This document shows, piece by piece, positions 39,698-49,305 of a stretch of DNA of 64,000 bases. The notes beneath the pieces are model-generated. The model was not told the origin of the DNA. It saw only the letters and a list, made by a program, of their open reading frames with translations, and ran no database searches. This DNA is from Frankiales bacterium (GTDB taxonomy: Bacteria; Actinomycetota; Actinomycetes; Mycobacteriales; SCTD01), in assembly GCA_025465465.1 (NCBI GenBank), contig JAODND010000034.1:8099-72098 (forward strand). Direction: 5' to 3'. Positions within the stretch are counted from its first letter, which is position 1. Each line of letters opens with the position of its first letter. The translations under genes and the position numbers were made by a program.

Positions 39698-39774
39698 GTC
39701 GTCAGGAGCGGCTAGGTCACTCGACGATCGCGATCACGCTCGGCATCTACGGTCACGTCTCGTCGCGGCCCTGA
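39698..39774 (+). pseudogene. C-terminal remnant of a tyrosine recombinase/integrase
   Basis: 39703-39774 translates to QERLGHSTIAITLGIYGHVSSRP*; preceded out of frame by GTC GTC (VV). Confidence 0.8.
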
Positions 39775-39788
39775 TGCTGCCCAGCTGA

Positions 39789-40787
39789 TCACGCGGTCGA
39801 AGCAGCTCGATTCACCGCGGCGCGCAGGACCGGCTCGAAGGCCTTGCCGCCGGTCTTGAGGTCCGGATTCAGATCAAAGCTGATCATGAAGAACGTCGTG
39901 CGAACAACGAAGGCGGCTTCTCGACGCGTGCCCCTCGTTGACGTGACATCGCGCTGCCACACAAGCTCGTGCTGGAGGTGGCGTGACGTCTTCGCGTCGT
40001 AGCTGACGGAGCAGCACGCGGAGGTCGAGGCAGCGGGATGCCACCAGGTCCTGAGGTAGTCCGTCGCAGCGGAAGTCGACACGAATTGCATCTCCGACTC
40101 GAGGATGAGGTGATCCAGGGACCACACCTGGCCCGTCCAGTGTTGCTGCGTCACAATGGCGCGCGCCGCAGCCACCTCGCCGGTTGCCGATGCATCGTTT
40201 CGGACCCGAGCGACGGTCGGATTCGGCTTCGTCCCGTCGTACCAACCGGCTCCGAGATCGCTCGGGCGCAATACCCGCGCCGCCAGCGCGGTAGGCGCAG
40301 ACGCAGAGAAGGAAGGCAGCACTGGCGGCGCCTTGTGGTAGTTGCGCAGCCAAGCCTCGACCTTGTGCCGGGCAGATGCGGCCGCCGCCGTGTGATCGGA
40401 CGCCCAAGAGAACGCGGCTCGCATCGGAGCGACGGCGAGGCCGCCTGCGAGCAGTCCCGGCAGCAATGCCGCGAGGACCACCGCTCGACGGTGCGGCGTG
40501 CGATCCCGGAGACGGCGGTATCGCGGGACAGACATCCACGCAGCGCTGACCCCAACGCCGAGAACAACGAGCGCCAAGACGGCTTCGACGACGTGCAGCT
40601 GCCATCCGCTGAATTGCGCGAACGACGAGAACCCGTTCCGCCGTTCGAGGATCAGTCCGACGTACCCGACGGCGGCCGCGACAGCAGCGAACATGGCAGC
40701 GGCGAGGAGGCCCAGCCGAGGCAACTCTCGTCGGACGTCGCCGATCTGCGGCCAGACGTCTACCGCCCCCGTTTCTGAAGCGTCCAC
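39789..40787 (-). CDS. hypothetical membrane protein (3 TM + probable extracellular domain)
   Basis: Long ORF with three hydrophobic segments and atypical, more A/T-ending codon usage; start uncertain (ORF opens at 40856). Confidence 0.65.
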   Translation of the reverse strand: MDASETGAVDVWPQIGDVRRELPRLGLLAAAMFAAVAAAVGYVGLILERRNGFSSFAQFSGWQLHVVEAVLALVVLGVGVSAAWMSVPRYRRLRDRTPHRRAVVLAALLPGLLAGGLAVAPMRAAFSWASDHTAAAASARHKVEAWLRNYHKAPPVLPSFSASAPTALAARVLRPSDLGAGWYDGTKPNPTVARVRNDASATGEVAAARAIVTQQHWTGQVWSLDHLILESEMQFVSTSAATDYLRTWWHPAASTSACCSVSYDAKTSRHLQHELVWQRDVTSTRGTRREAAFVVRTTFFMISFDLNPDLKTGGKAFEPVLRAAVNRAASTA

Positions 40788-40855
40788 ATGTGAAACCTCG
40801 GCACCTCCCCGCCGCCGCTGAACCGACAAGACTCCCACGCCGAGCCGGCGGAACA

Positions 40856-41403
40856 CCTACCGGCCGCTCGACCTCACCGCCACTCGACCGAGGTTCCGCA
40901 GCGTGGCTCCGTCTGCGGGCTGTGTTTGGCGTCGGCGCGCGAAGCGAGATCTTGCGCGTCCTTCTCTCACCGGCGGAAGGGATCCTGAGCGTTGCGAAGC
41001 GCAACGTCGCCGACGAGTGTGAGGCCCTCGCCGGCGCCGGTGTGCTCGCCGTGGGTCCGGTGGGGAACCGCCTCCACCACGCGCTCGCCAGACCGCAAGC
41101 ACTTGAAGGATTCGTCGGTGACCTCCCCGCGATCCGTCCGCCCTGGCCCGCACTGCTTCGGGTGCTCTGAGGCCTCGTTCAGCTTGAAGAGCGAGCAGAT
41201 CGCGGCCCGACGAAGACGCTTGCGGTCGAGGTCCACAGACCCTGCCACTGATCCGCGCAGACGTTCAGGACCTGCGCTTGGAGCCACTCGCTCCTGGAGG
41301 AGTCGTGGACGACGCCTGGGAGCCGATCAGACATCTCGCTGCGAATTGGCTCTCATCGTGGTCGCTCGGGCGATGGCCGATGCCCCGACAGGCGGACGCA
41401 TAG
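40856..41403 (+). pseudogene. degraded gene for a winged-HTH-like protein
   Basis: WLRLRAVFGVGARSEILRVLL...KRNVADECEALAGAGVL, in-frame TGA at 41168-41170, protein-like continuation GLVQLEER...TLAVEVHR, then a frameshifted tail ending at TAG 41403; no convincing start. Confidence 0.6.
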
Positions 41404-41512
41404 CCCGGGCAAAGACATGGGGGATGCACGCCCGAGGTCACTGGTGATGCGCCTGGGACCTAACCGGAGTGGCCCTCAACTGCAAAAGCCCAGGTCACAA
41501 GGGGTCTCACGG

Positions 41513-41595
41513 TGGGCGAGGGGGGAGTTGAACCCCCACGTCCTTTCGGACACACGGACCTGAACCGTGCGCGTCTGCCATTCCGCCACTCGCCC
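41513..41595 (-). tRNA. tRNA-Leu(CAG)
   Basis: GGGCGAG/CTCGCCC acceptor, anticodon arm CACGG-TTCAGGT-CCGTG, variable arm GTCC-GAAA-GGAC, GGTTCAACTCC. Confidence 0.97.
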
Positions 41596-41673
41596 GAGTT
41601 GCGATCGACAACGGTAGCAGGGGCGGGAGGCCGCACGCGGATACGATCACGAGGGCTAGGGAAGGGGTGACGC

Positions 41674-42348
41674 GTGGGTGTCGTGCAGCGCTTCGAGCGA
41701 CGGCTCGAGGGCCTGGTCCAAGGTGCCTTCGCCCGTGCCTTCGGCGGCTGGGTCGAACCCGTCGAGGTCGCCGCCGCACTCACCAGGGAGGCCGAGGACA
41801 AGAAGGCCATCGTCGCGGCCGGCCGGGTGCTGGTGCCGAACGCCTACACCGTCGAGCTCGGCCGCTCCGACGCCGACCGCCTCAAGGAGTACGACGAGCC
41901 GCTGCGCACGGAGCTCGCCGCGATGGTGAGCGAGGCGGCGCAGGAGCGCGGCTGGTCCTTCGTCGGTCCGGTCGAGGTCGCGTTCGAGGAGGTCGAGTAC
42001 CTGGCGACGGGAGCGTTCCAGGTGCGATCGGCCGTGGTCGCGGGCGCCTCGACCGGCGCGCAACCGGTACCCGAGCCCGAACCGCTGCAGGCGCACCTGG
42101 AGGTCGGCACCCGCTCGGTCCCGTTGGCTGGTCCCGTCGTGCTGGGTCGCGGGATCGAGGCCGACGTCCAGCTGGCTGACACCGGCGTGAGCCGGCGGCA
42201 TGCGCAGCTCGACGGCAACCGGCTCACCGACCTCGGCAGCACCAACGGGTCAAAGGTCAACGGCATCCGCGTGCAGGAGGCCGAGCTGGTCGACGGCGAC
42301 CGCATCACGCTGGGCAGCACCGACCTCGTCTACCGGTCGGGCCGCTGA
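41674..42348 (+). CDS. fhaA: DUF3662 + FHA domain protein
   Basis: QRFERRLEGLV...FARAF, LGR...DTGVSRRHA...DLGSTNG. Confidence 0.93.
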   Translation: MGVVQRFERRLEGLVQGAFARAFGGWVEPVEVAAALTREAEDKKAIVAAGRVLVPNAYTVELGRSDADRLKEYDEPLRTELAAMVSEAAQERGWSFVGPVEVAFEEVEYLATGAFQVRSAVVAGASTGAQPVPEPEPLQAHLEVGTRSVPLAGPVVLGRGIEADVQLADTGVSRRHAQLDGNRLTDLGSTNGSKVNGIRVQEAELVDGDRITLGSTDLVYRSGR

Positions 42349-42821
42349 TGGGCAGCGCGCTCGTCGTGGCACTGCTGAAGTACGGCCTGCTGGCCCTGCT
42401 CTGGGTGTTCGTGCTGCTCGCCGTCCGCACGATCCGGGCCGACCTGCTGGGCAAGCCGTCGGCCGTACCGCAGGCAGCGGCAGCGGTGCCCAAGGCGGCG
42501 AGGCAACCGAAGCCGCAGCGCAAGAAGGGCGTACCCCGGGTGCTGGTCGTCACCGAGGGTGCCCTGCAGGGCACGACCGTGACCCTGTCCACTGTCCCGG
42601 TCACCCTGGGCCGTGCGCACGACTCGACCTTGGTGCTGACCGACGACTACGCGAGCAACAAGCACGCCCGGCTCGTCCCGACCGCCGACGGCTGGTCGCT
42701 CGAGGACCTCGGCAGCACCAACGGCACCTATCTCGGCGCGACCAAGGTCAGCCGGCCGACGCCCGTGTCCGTCGGCAGTGCGATCCGCATCGGCAAGACG
42801 GTCCTCGAGCTCCGCTCATGA
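42348..42821 (+). CDS. fhaB: FHA domain membrane protein FhaB/FipA
   Basis: LALLWVFV...IRADL, LGRAHDSTLVLTDDYASNKHARL, EDLGSTNGT. Confidence 0.93.
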   Translation: MGSALVVALLKYGLLALLWVFVLLAVRTIRADLLGKPSAVPQAAAAVPKAARQPKPQRKKGVPRVLVVTEGALQGTTVTLSTVPVTLGRAHDSTLVLTDDYASNKHARLVPTADGWSLEDLGSTNGTYLGATKVSRPTPVSVGSAIRIGKTVLELRS

Positions 42822-42831
42822 CGGGCCGCTC

Positions 42832-44112
42832 GTGACTCTCGCCATCCGCTATGCCGCCCGGTCCCACGCCGGGTTGCTGAGGTCGCTCAACGAGGACAGC
42901 GTGTACGCCGGTCCGCGGCTGCTCGCCGTGGCCGACGGGATGGGCGGACACGCCGCGGGTGAGGTCGCGAGCGCGGTGGCCATCGCGAGCGTCGCCCCCC
43001 TCGACGAGGACGCCCCCGGCGCGGACCTGCTGAAGGCCCTGCGGGACGCGGCCATGACCGCCAACGACCAGCTGCGCGCGATGGCAGAAGCCGACGACGC
43101 GCTGTCGGGGATGGGCACGACCCTCGTCGCGCTGCTGTTCTCCGGATCGCGCGTCGGGCTCGCACACGTCGGCGACTCCCGCTGCTACCTGCTGCGCGAC
43201 GGCGAGCTCAGCCAGATCACCCATGACCACACGTTGGTGCAGGCGCTGGTCGACGAGGGCCGCATCAGCGAGGAGGAGGCCCGCAGCCACCCGCAGAAGT
43301 CCGTCGTCACGCGAGTGATGGACGGCCGCACCGACGTGGAGCTCGACCTGTCGGTCCGCGACGTCCGCGTCGGCGACCGGTTCCTCGTCTGCAGCGACGG
43401 GCTCACCGGACCGGTCGGCAGCCTCGACACCCTGCGCGAGGCGCTGCTGATCGCCGACCCGCAGGAGTCCGTCGACCGGCTGGTGCAGCTGGCGCTGCGC
43501 GGTGGCGGGCCGGACAACGTGACCGCGATCGTCGCCGACGTGATCGACAGCAACGGGCCCTCCGACGTGCGCGGCCTGCCACCCATCGTCGCCGGCGCGG
43601 CAGCGGAGTCACCGCAGGAGGCACCACCCGGTATCGCCGACAGCCCCGCCTCCCGGGCACGGGTCGCCGAAGGACGAGACGCCGCCCCAGCCGTCCGGGC
43701 CCGACCGGCCCCGCCACCACGCAGGCGCGGCAAGGCGCTCGCCTGGCTGCTCGCGTCCCTCGTCGTCGTCGCCGTCGCCGCGGTCGCCGGCGTGCTCTAC
43801 ATCCGGTCGCAGTTCTACGTCGGCTTCGACAAGGACGACGTCGCGGTCTTCCGCGGGGTGCAGGGCCACATCGCCGGGGTCTCGTTCTCGACCGTCGCGG
43901 ACAAGAGCACGCTGACCCGCAGCCAGCTGTCCGACATCGAGGCCGAACGCGTTCAGGACGGCATCCCGGCCACCGACGAGAAGGACGCCCGGGCCATCGT
44001 CGACCGGCTGATCGCGCAGACCCAGTGCGCGTCCCCGACCCCGTCAGCCACCCCGACAGCCACCCCCGGCCCGACCCCGAGCCCCAGCCCCAGCCCCGCG
44101 ACCAGCTGCTGA
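42832..44112 (+). CDS. pstP: PP2C Ser/Thr phosphatase PstP
   Basis: NEDS, VADGMGGHAAGEVAS, MGTT, HVGDSR, CSDGL, GGPDNVT, TM. Confidence 0.95.
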   Translation: MTLAIRYAARSHAGLLRSLNEDSVYAGPRLLAVADGMGGHAAGEVASAVAIASVAPLDEDAPGADLLKALRDAAMTANDQLRAMAEADDALSGMGTTLVALLFSGSRVGLAHVGDSRCYLLRDGELSQITHDHTLVQALVDEGRISEEEARSHPQKSVVTRVMDGRTDVELDLSVRDVRVGDRFLVCSDGLTGPVGSLDTLREALLIADPQESVDRLVQLALRGGGPDNVTAIVADVIDSNGPSDVRGLPPIVAGAAAESPQEAPPGIADSPASRARVAEGRDAAPAVRARPAPPPRRRGKALAWLLASLVVVAVAAVAGVLYIRSQFYVGFDKDDVAVFRGVQGHIAGVSFSTVADKSTLTRSQLSDIEAERVQDGIPATDEKDARAIVDRLIAQTQCASPTPSATPTATPGPTPSPSPSPATSC

Positions 44113-45527
44113 TGACGTCCTTCACCCTCCCCAAGCCACCCGGCCGCACCGGGCGCTCGGCCGAGCTCGTCCTGCTGGTCTTCGCCGTCGCACTGGCGGC
44201 GCTCGGCTACACCGCGGTCCAGGTCGCCGTCACCGGCTCGCCCAGCGGCGGGATCCTGAGCTACGCCCTCGGCCTCGGCGTGCTCTACGGCCTCGCGCAC
44301 CTCGCGGTACGCCGATGGGCGCCGTATGCCGACCCGCTGCTGCTCCCGTGCGTCGGCCTGCTCAACGGACTCGGCCTGGTGATGATCCGGCGACTCGACC
44401 TCGCGGCCGCGGAGTCCGCGCGCCAGCAGGGCAAGGTGATCCCCCGCGCCGACGCTCCGCTGCAGCTCGTCTGGACCGTCATCGGCGTGGTCGCGTTCGT
44501 GGCGCTGCTCGCCGTCGTGCGCGACCACACCAGGCTCACCCGATACGCCTACACCTGCGCCGCGGCCGGCCTCGTGCTCCTCATGCTTCCCGCCGTACCA
44601 GGAGTGGGCGCCACCATCAACGGCGCCCGCCTCTGGATCCGGGTCGGGCCCCTGACGGTGCAGCCGAGCGAGGTCGCGAAGATCCTGCTGATGGTGTTCT
44701 TCGCGGCGTTTCTCGTGGCGAAGCGCGACGTGCTGTCGCTCGCCAGCCGACGGATTCTGGGGCTGGACCTGCCGCGGGCCCGCGACCTCGGACCCGTCCT
44801 CGTGGCCTGGGGGTTCTCGATCCTCGTCCTCGTGCGCGAGAACGACCTCGGCAGCTCGCTGCTGTTCTTCGGCATCTTCGTCGCGATGCTCTACATCGCG
44901 ACCGAGCGCACGAGCTGGCTGCTCATCGGGCTGTCGATGTTCCTCGCCTCGAGCTTCCTCGTCTACGGGTTGTTCGCCCACGTGCAGAGGCGGGTCGACA
45001 CCTGGCTGGACCCCTTCGCCTACAGCAGCGGCAACGGCTACCAGATCGTGCAGGGCTTCTTCGGCATGGGCACGGGCGGCATCTTCGGTACCGGCCTCGG
45101 TGAGGGGTCGCCGGGCACGGTTCCCTATGCCAAGACCGACTTCATCGTCGCCGCGATCGGCGAGGAGCTCGGGCTCGTCGGGGTCATGGCGGTGCTGGTG
45201 GTGTTCCTCGTCGTCGTCGCTCGCGGGCTGCGGGCCGCGATCGGCTGCCGCGACTCCTTCGGCAAGCTGCTCGCAGGTGGGCTCGCCTTCTCCATGGGGC
45301 TTCAGGTGTTCGTCATCGTGGGCGGCGTCACCGGCCTCATCCCGCTGACGGGTGTGACCTTGCCGTTCCTGTCCTACGGCGGGTCCAGCGTCGTCACCAA
45401 CTACGTGCTCATCGCGCTGCTGCTCCGCATCAGCGACGCCGGCCGCCGCCCGGCGCCGGCGCCGGTGTCGCCGGCCGCGGCTCGGGCCCAGCTGGCCGAC
45501 GCGCCGACGACTGTGGTGCGGCGATGA
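44112..45527 (+). CDS. rodA: SEDS family protein RodA/FtsW
   Basis: QPSEVAK, NDLGSSLLFFG, TDFI...GEELG, IPLTGVTLPFLSYGGSS. Confidence 0.96.
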   Translation: MTSFTLPKPPGRTGRSAELVLLVFAVALAALGYTAVQVAVTGSPSGGILSYALGLGVLYGLAHLAVRRWAPYADPLLLPCVGLLNGLGLVMIRRLDLAAAESARQQGKVIPRADAPLQLVWTVIGVVAFVALLAVVRDHTRLTRYAYTCAAAGLVLLMLPAVPGVGATINGARLWIRVGPLTVQPSEVAKILLMVFFAAFLVAKRDVLSLASRRILGLDLPRARDLGPVLVAWGFSILVLVRENDLGSSLLFFGIFVAMLYIATERTSWLLIGLSMFLASSFLVYGLFAHVQRRVDTWLDPFAYSSGNGYQIVQGFFGMGTGGIFGTGLGEGSPGTVPYAKTDFIVAAIGEELGLVGVMAVLVVFLVVVARGLRAAIGCRDSFGKLLAGGLAFSMGLQVFVIVGGVTGLIPLTGVTLPFLSYGGSSVVTNYVLIALLLRISDAGRRPAPAPVSPAAARAQLADAPTTVVRR

Positions 45528-45531
45528 CGCC

Positions 45532-46995
45532 ATGAACAGGCCACTGCGCCGGGTCGGCCTGGCCTGCCTCGTGCTGTTCGGACTGCTGCTGCTGCAGGTC
45601 AACTGGATCCAGGTCGTCAAGGCCAAGGACTACCGCAACGACCCGCGCAACCGACGCGTGCTGCTGCGGACCTACGACCGCGAGCGCGGCCCGATCGTCG
45701 TGGGCAGCGGCAAGAACCGGCTCGCCGTGGCCAAGTCGATGGTGACCACGGACGCGTTGAAGTACCTGCGGGTCTATCCGGGTAAGGAGGCCTACGCGCC
45801 CGTCACGGGGTTCGCCTCGTTCGTCTACGGCTACACCGGCATCGAGCGACAGGAGAACTCGGTGCTGTCCGGCGACGACGAGCGACTCCTCGTACGCCGG
45901 CTGTCCGACTACATCACCGGCCGCCAGGTCAAGGGCGGCACGGTCGAGCTGACCCTGCAGGACAAGGCGCAACGGGCGGCGTACAACGGGCTCGCGGGCA
46001 AGCGCGGCGCAGTCGTGGCCCTCGATCCCCGCACCGGGGCGATCCTCGCCGAGGCCACCTCACCGTCGTACGACCCGGCAGCGGTGTCCTCCCACGACGC
46101 GAAGGGCATCCGGGCCGCCTACCAGCAGCTGCTCGGGCTGACCACCGACCCGATGACCAACCGAGCGGTGCAGCGCACCTACCCTCCGGGTTCGACCTTC
46201 AAGGTCATCACCTCCGCCGCGGCGCTGGCGCACGGCTACTCGCCGACGACGCGGATCCCCTCGCCGCCGGTCCTCAACCTGCCCGGCACGACCGCCAACC
46301 TGGGCAACTTCGGCGGCGAGCACTGCGGTGACAACAAGACCGACACGCTGCTCGACTCCCTGGTCATCTCCTGCAACACGGCGTTCGGCGCCCTCGGCAT
46401 GAAGCTCGGCCAGGACGTCGTGCGGCAGCAGGCGGAGGCGTTCGGGTTCGGCGACTCCTCTCTCGACCTGCCGCAGCCCGTCGCCGGCTCGGTGTTCCCG
46501 ACCGACCTCACCCAGGCACAGACGGCGCAGTCGTCCATCGGTCAGTACGACGTGCGCGTCACGCCCCTGCAGATGGCCCTGGTCGCAGCGGGCATCGGCA
46601 ACGGCGGCGACGTCATGCGGCCGTACCTCGTCAAGGACGTCCTCGCCCCTGACCTGTCGACGCTCGGCAAGGCCGACGTGAAGCTCTACCGGCACGCCGT
46701 GTCGTCCTCGGTCGCGGCTCAGCTGACGGCCATGATGGTTGCCGTGGTCGCCCGCGGCACCGGCACGGCAGCCCAGATCACTGGCGTCACCGTCGCCGGC
46801 AAGACCGGCACCGCGCAGCACGGGCCCGGCGCCGCACCGCACGCCTGGTTCATCGGCTTCGCGCCGGCAGTCAACCCTGTCGTCGCGGTCGCGGTCGTCG
46901 TCGAGGACGGCGGGTCGCTCGGTTCGGACGCCACCGGCGGCAAGGTCGCCGCCCCGATCGCCAAGGCCGTCATGGAAGCTGTCCTGCACCCATGA
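45532..46995 (+). CDS. pbpA: class B penicillin-binding protein PbpA
   Basis: STFK, SCN, KTGT motifs. Confidence 0.96.
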   Translation: MNRPLRRVGLACLVLFGLLLLQVNWIQVVKAKDYRNDPRNRRVLLRTYDRERGPIVVGSGKNRLAVAKSMVTTDALKYLRVYPGKEAYAPVTGFASFVYGYTGIERQENSVLSGDDERLLVRRLSDYITGRQVKGGTVELTLQDKAQRAAYNGLAGKRGAVVALDPRTGAILAEATSPSYDPAAVSSHDAKGIRAAYQQLLGLTTDPMTNRAVQRTYPPGSTFKVITSAAALAHGYSPTTRIPSPPVLNLPGTTANLGNFGGEHCGDNKTDTLLDSLVISCNTAFGALGMKLGQDVVRQQAEAFGFGDSSLDLPQPVAGSVFPTDLTQAQTAQSSIGQYDVRVTPLQMALVAAGIGNGGDVMRPYLVKDVLAPDLSTLGKADVKLYRHAVSSSVAAQLTAMMVAVVARGTGTAAQITGVTVAGKTGTAQHGPGAAPHAWFIGFAPAVNPVVAVAVVVEDGGSLGSDATGGKVAAPIAKAVMEAVLHP

Positions 46996-48647
46996 GCGAG
47001 CTGCTGGGTGGGCGCTACCGCCTGGGCGAGGTGATCGGACGCGGCGGCATGGCCGAGGTCCGGCACGCGACCGACGTGCGTCTCGGCCGCGACGTCGCGG
47101 TCAAGGTGCTGCGCGCGGACCTCGCCGCCGACCCGTCGTTCCAGTCCCGGTTCCGTCGCGAGGCGCAGTCGGCAGCGGCGCTGGACGCGCCCACCGTCGT
47201 GGCCGTCTACGACACCGGCGAGGACCACCGCGGCGTGCCGTGGATCGTCATGGAGTACGTCGACGGGCGCACGTTGCGCGACGTCCTGACGACCGAGGGA
47301 CGGCTGCTGCCCCAGCGCGCCTTCGAGGTGACCGCCGACGTGTGCTCGGCCCTGGAGGTCGCGCACGACGCCGGCATGGTCCACCGCGACATCAAGCCGG
47401 CGAACGTCATGCTCACCTCGCGCGGCGAGGTCAAGGTGATGGACTTCGGCATCGCCCGCGCGGCCGCCGGCAACGAGTCGACGATGACCAGCACCGAGTC
47501 GGTGATCGGGACGGCGGCCTACCTCTCGCCCGAGCAGGCTCGCGGCGAGCACGTCGACGCGCGCTCGGACATCTACTCGACCGGCTGCCTGCTCTACGAG
47601 CTCGTCACCGGGTCGCCGCCCTTCACCGGCGACTCCGCCGTGGCAGTCGCCTACCAGCACGTCCGCGAGAACCCGGTCCCGCCGTCGGAGTTCGACCCTG
47701 CCCTGAGCAGGGACACGGCCGCGACCCTCGACGCGGTCGTCCTCAAGGCGATGGCCAAGAACCCCGCCAACCGCTACCAGTCGGCCGACGAGATGCGCGA
47801 GGACCTGCTGCGCGCGGTGGCCGGCCGACCCGTCCTCGCGACCCCGGTGCTGGACGAGGCAGTGGCGGCGGTGTCGGAGGTCCCCCAGCGGCTGCGCAAC
47901 GGCACCGTCGTCTACGCGATCGCGGCCGTCGTCGCGGTGATCCTCGCCGTCGCGAGCGGACTGTTCGTGCACACCCTGCTCGGCACGCCCAGCGACCTGG
48001 TCAAGCCGCCGGACGTCGTCGGGCTCCGGCAGGCCGCCGCCATCCAGCAGCTCGCCATCGAGGGCTTCGTCGTCAAGGACGTCATCGCCCAGCCGCATGC
48101 CGAGGCCGCCGGCATCGTCTTCGACCAGAACCCCGACAAGAACTTCCTCATCAAGAAGGGGTCGGGGATCACGCTCACGGTCTCGCAGGGTCCGGTTCTC
48201 GCGATGGTTCCCCAGCTCGCCGGCCTCAGCAGGGAGCAGGCGATCAGCGCGCTCAACGCGGCGAAGCTCAGCTATCGGCTGGACCCGCACCCGGGCAACT
48301 ATGCGGCCGGCCTGGTGCTCGGCAGCAACCCGCCCGCCGGGACGCAGGTGCAGATCGCGCCCGGCGTCCAGAAGCCCGTCGTGGCCGTGGCCATCACGTC
48401 GGGGACCAACCTCGTACCCGACGTCCGCAGCCTGACCCAGGAGCAGGCGGTCGGGATCCTCGGAGCCGCGGGCTTCGGCATCGCGGTGCGCGGAGTGCCG
48501 TCGCCGGTGACCCCGGGGACGGTGCTCGGCCAGACCCCCCTCAAGGCCTACGCACAGGTCGGGTCCAACGTCATGATCGACGTGGCCTACGACCCCGCCG
48601 GCCCCCCGCCCACCGGCCCCACCCCAACCCCCACCCCAACCCCCTGA
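46992..48647 (+). CDS. pknB: PASTA-domain Ser/Thr kinase PknB
   Basis: GRGGMAEV, HRDIKPAN, DFG, YLSPEQARG, TM, about 3 PASTA repeats. Confidence 0.96.
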   Translation: MSELLGGRYRLGEVIGRGGMAEVRHATDVRLGRDVAVKVLRADLAADPSFQSRFRREAQSAAALDAPTVVAVYDTGEDHRGVPWIVMEYVDGRTLRDVLTTEGRLLPQRAFEVTADVCSALEVAHDAGMVHRDIKPANVMLTSRGEVKVMDFGIARAAAGNESTMTSTESVIGTAAYLSPEQARGEHVDARSDIYSTGCLLYELVTGSPPFTGDSAVAVAYQHVRENPVPPSEFDPALSRDTAATLDAVVLKAMAKNPANRYQSADEMREDLLRAVAGRPVLATPVLDEAVAAVSEVPQRLRNGTVVYAIAAVVAVILAVASGLFVHTLLGTPSDLVKPPDVVGLRQAAAIQQLAIEGFVVKDVIAQPHAEAAGIVFDQNPDKNFLIKKGSGITLTVSQGPVLAMVPQLAGLSREQAISALNAAKLSYRLDPHPGNYAAGLVLGSNPPAGTQVQIAPGVQKPVVAVAITSGTNLVPDVRSLTQEQAVGILGAAGFGIAVRGVPSPVTPGTVLGQTPLKAYAQVGSNVMIDVAYDPAGPPPTGPTPTPTPTP

Positions 48648-48651
48648 CCCG

Positions 48652-49296
48652 TCAGGTGAAGGCGGCGAGGCGCTTGGATTCGACGTGCTCCGAGAGCGCG
48701 GGCGCCCGGTCGAGCGCATGGTCGTCGCCGCACTGGCGCAGCCAGCTCGCCAGCAGCAGGTGACCGCCCTGGGTCAGCACCGACTCCGGGTGGAACTGCA
48801 CCCCTTCGACGGGCAGGTCGCGGTGCCGCAGCGCCATGACCACGCCGCTCGGGGTGCGGCCCGTCACCTTCAGCTCCGAAGGCAACGTGTCCTCCTCGAC
48901 AGCGAGCGAGTGGTAACGGGTCGCGGTGAAGGGCGTGGGCAGCGCGTGCAGCACACCGGCGTGCTGGTGCACGACCTCACTGGTCTTGCCGTGCAGCAGC
49001 TCGGGTGCCCGGCTCACCGTTGCGCCGTGCGCGACCGCGATGGCCTGGTGACCGAGGCAGACGCCGAGCAGCGGCACCCCCTTGTCCTCGCACGCGCCGA
49101 CGAGCTCGACCGAGCAGCCGGCGTCCTCGGGGACACCCGGGCCGGGTGACAGCAGCACACCGTCGTACCCGTCCACGTCGTTGACCCCGACCTCGTCGTT
49201 GCGGCGCACGACCGTGTCCGCGCCGAGCTGGCCGAGGTACTGGACCAGGTTGAACACGAAGCTGTCGTAGTTGTCGACGACGAGGACACGGACCAC
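48652..49296 (-). CDS. pabA: aminodeoxychorismate/anthranilate synthase component II
   Basis: DNYDSF, SPGPG, GVCLGHQ, RYHSL, QFHPES. Confidence 0.93.
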   Translation of the reverse strand: MVRVLVVDNYDSFVFNLVQYLGQLGADTVVRRNDEVGVNDVDGYDGVLLSPGPGVPEDAGCSVELVGACEDKGVPLLGVCLGHQAIAVAHGATVSRAPELLHGKTSEVVHQHAGVLHALPTPFTATRYHSLAVEEDTLPSELKVTGRTPSGVVMALRHRDLPVEGVQFHPESVLTQGGHLLLASWLRQCGDDHALDRAPALSEHVESKRLAAFT

Positions 49297-49305
49297 GTCG
49301 CCAAC

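Noticed and set aside
44030..44100. Pro/Thr/Ser low-complexity repeats at the ends of pstP and pknB and in the anti-sigma linker
   Set aside because: Common extracellular linkers in actinobacterial proteins.
46992..48647. Only one kinase (no pknA) in the fhaA-pknB cluster
   Set aside because: Single-kinase versions of this cluster are ordinary outside mycobacteria and corynebacteria.
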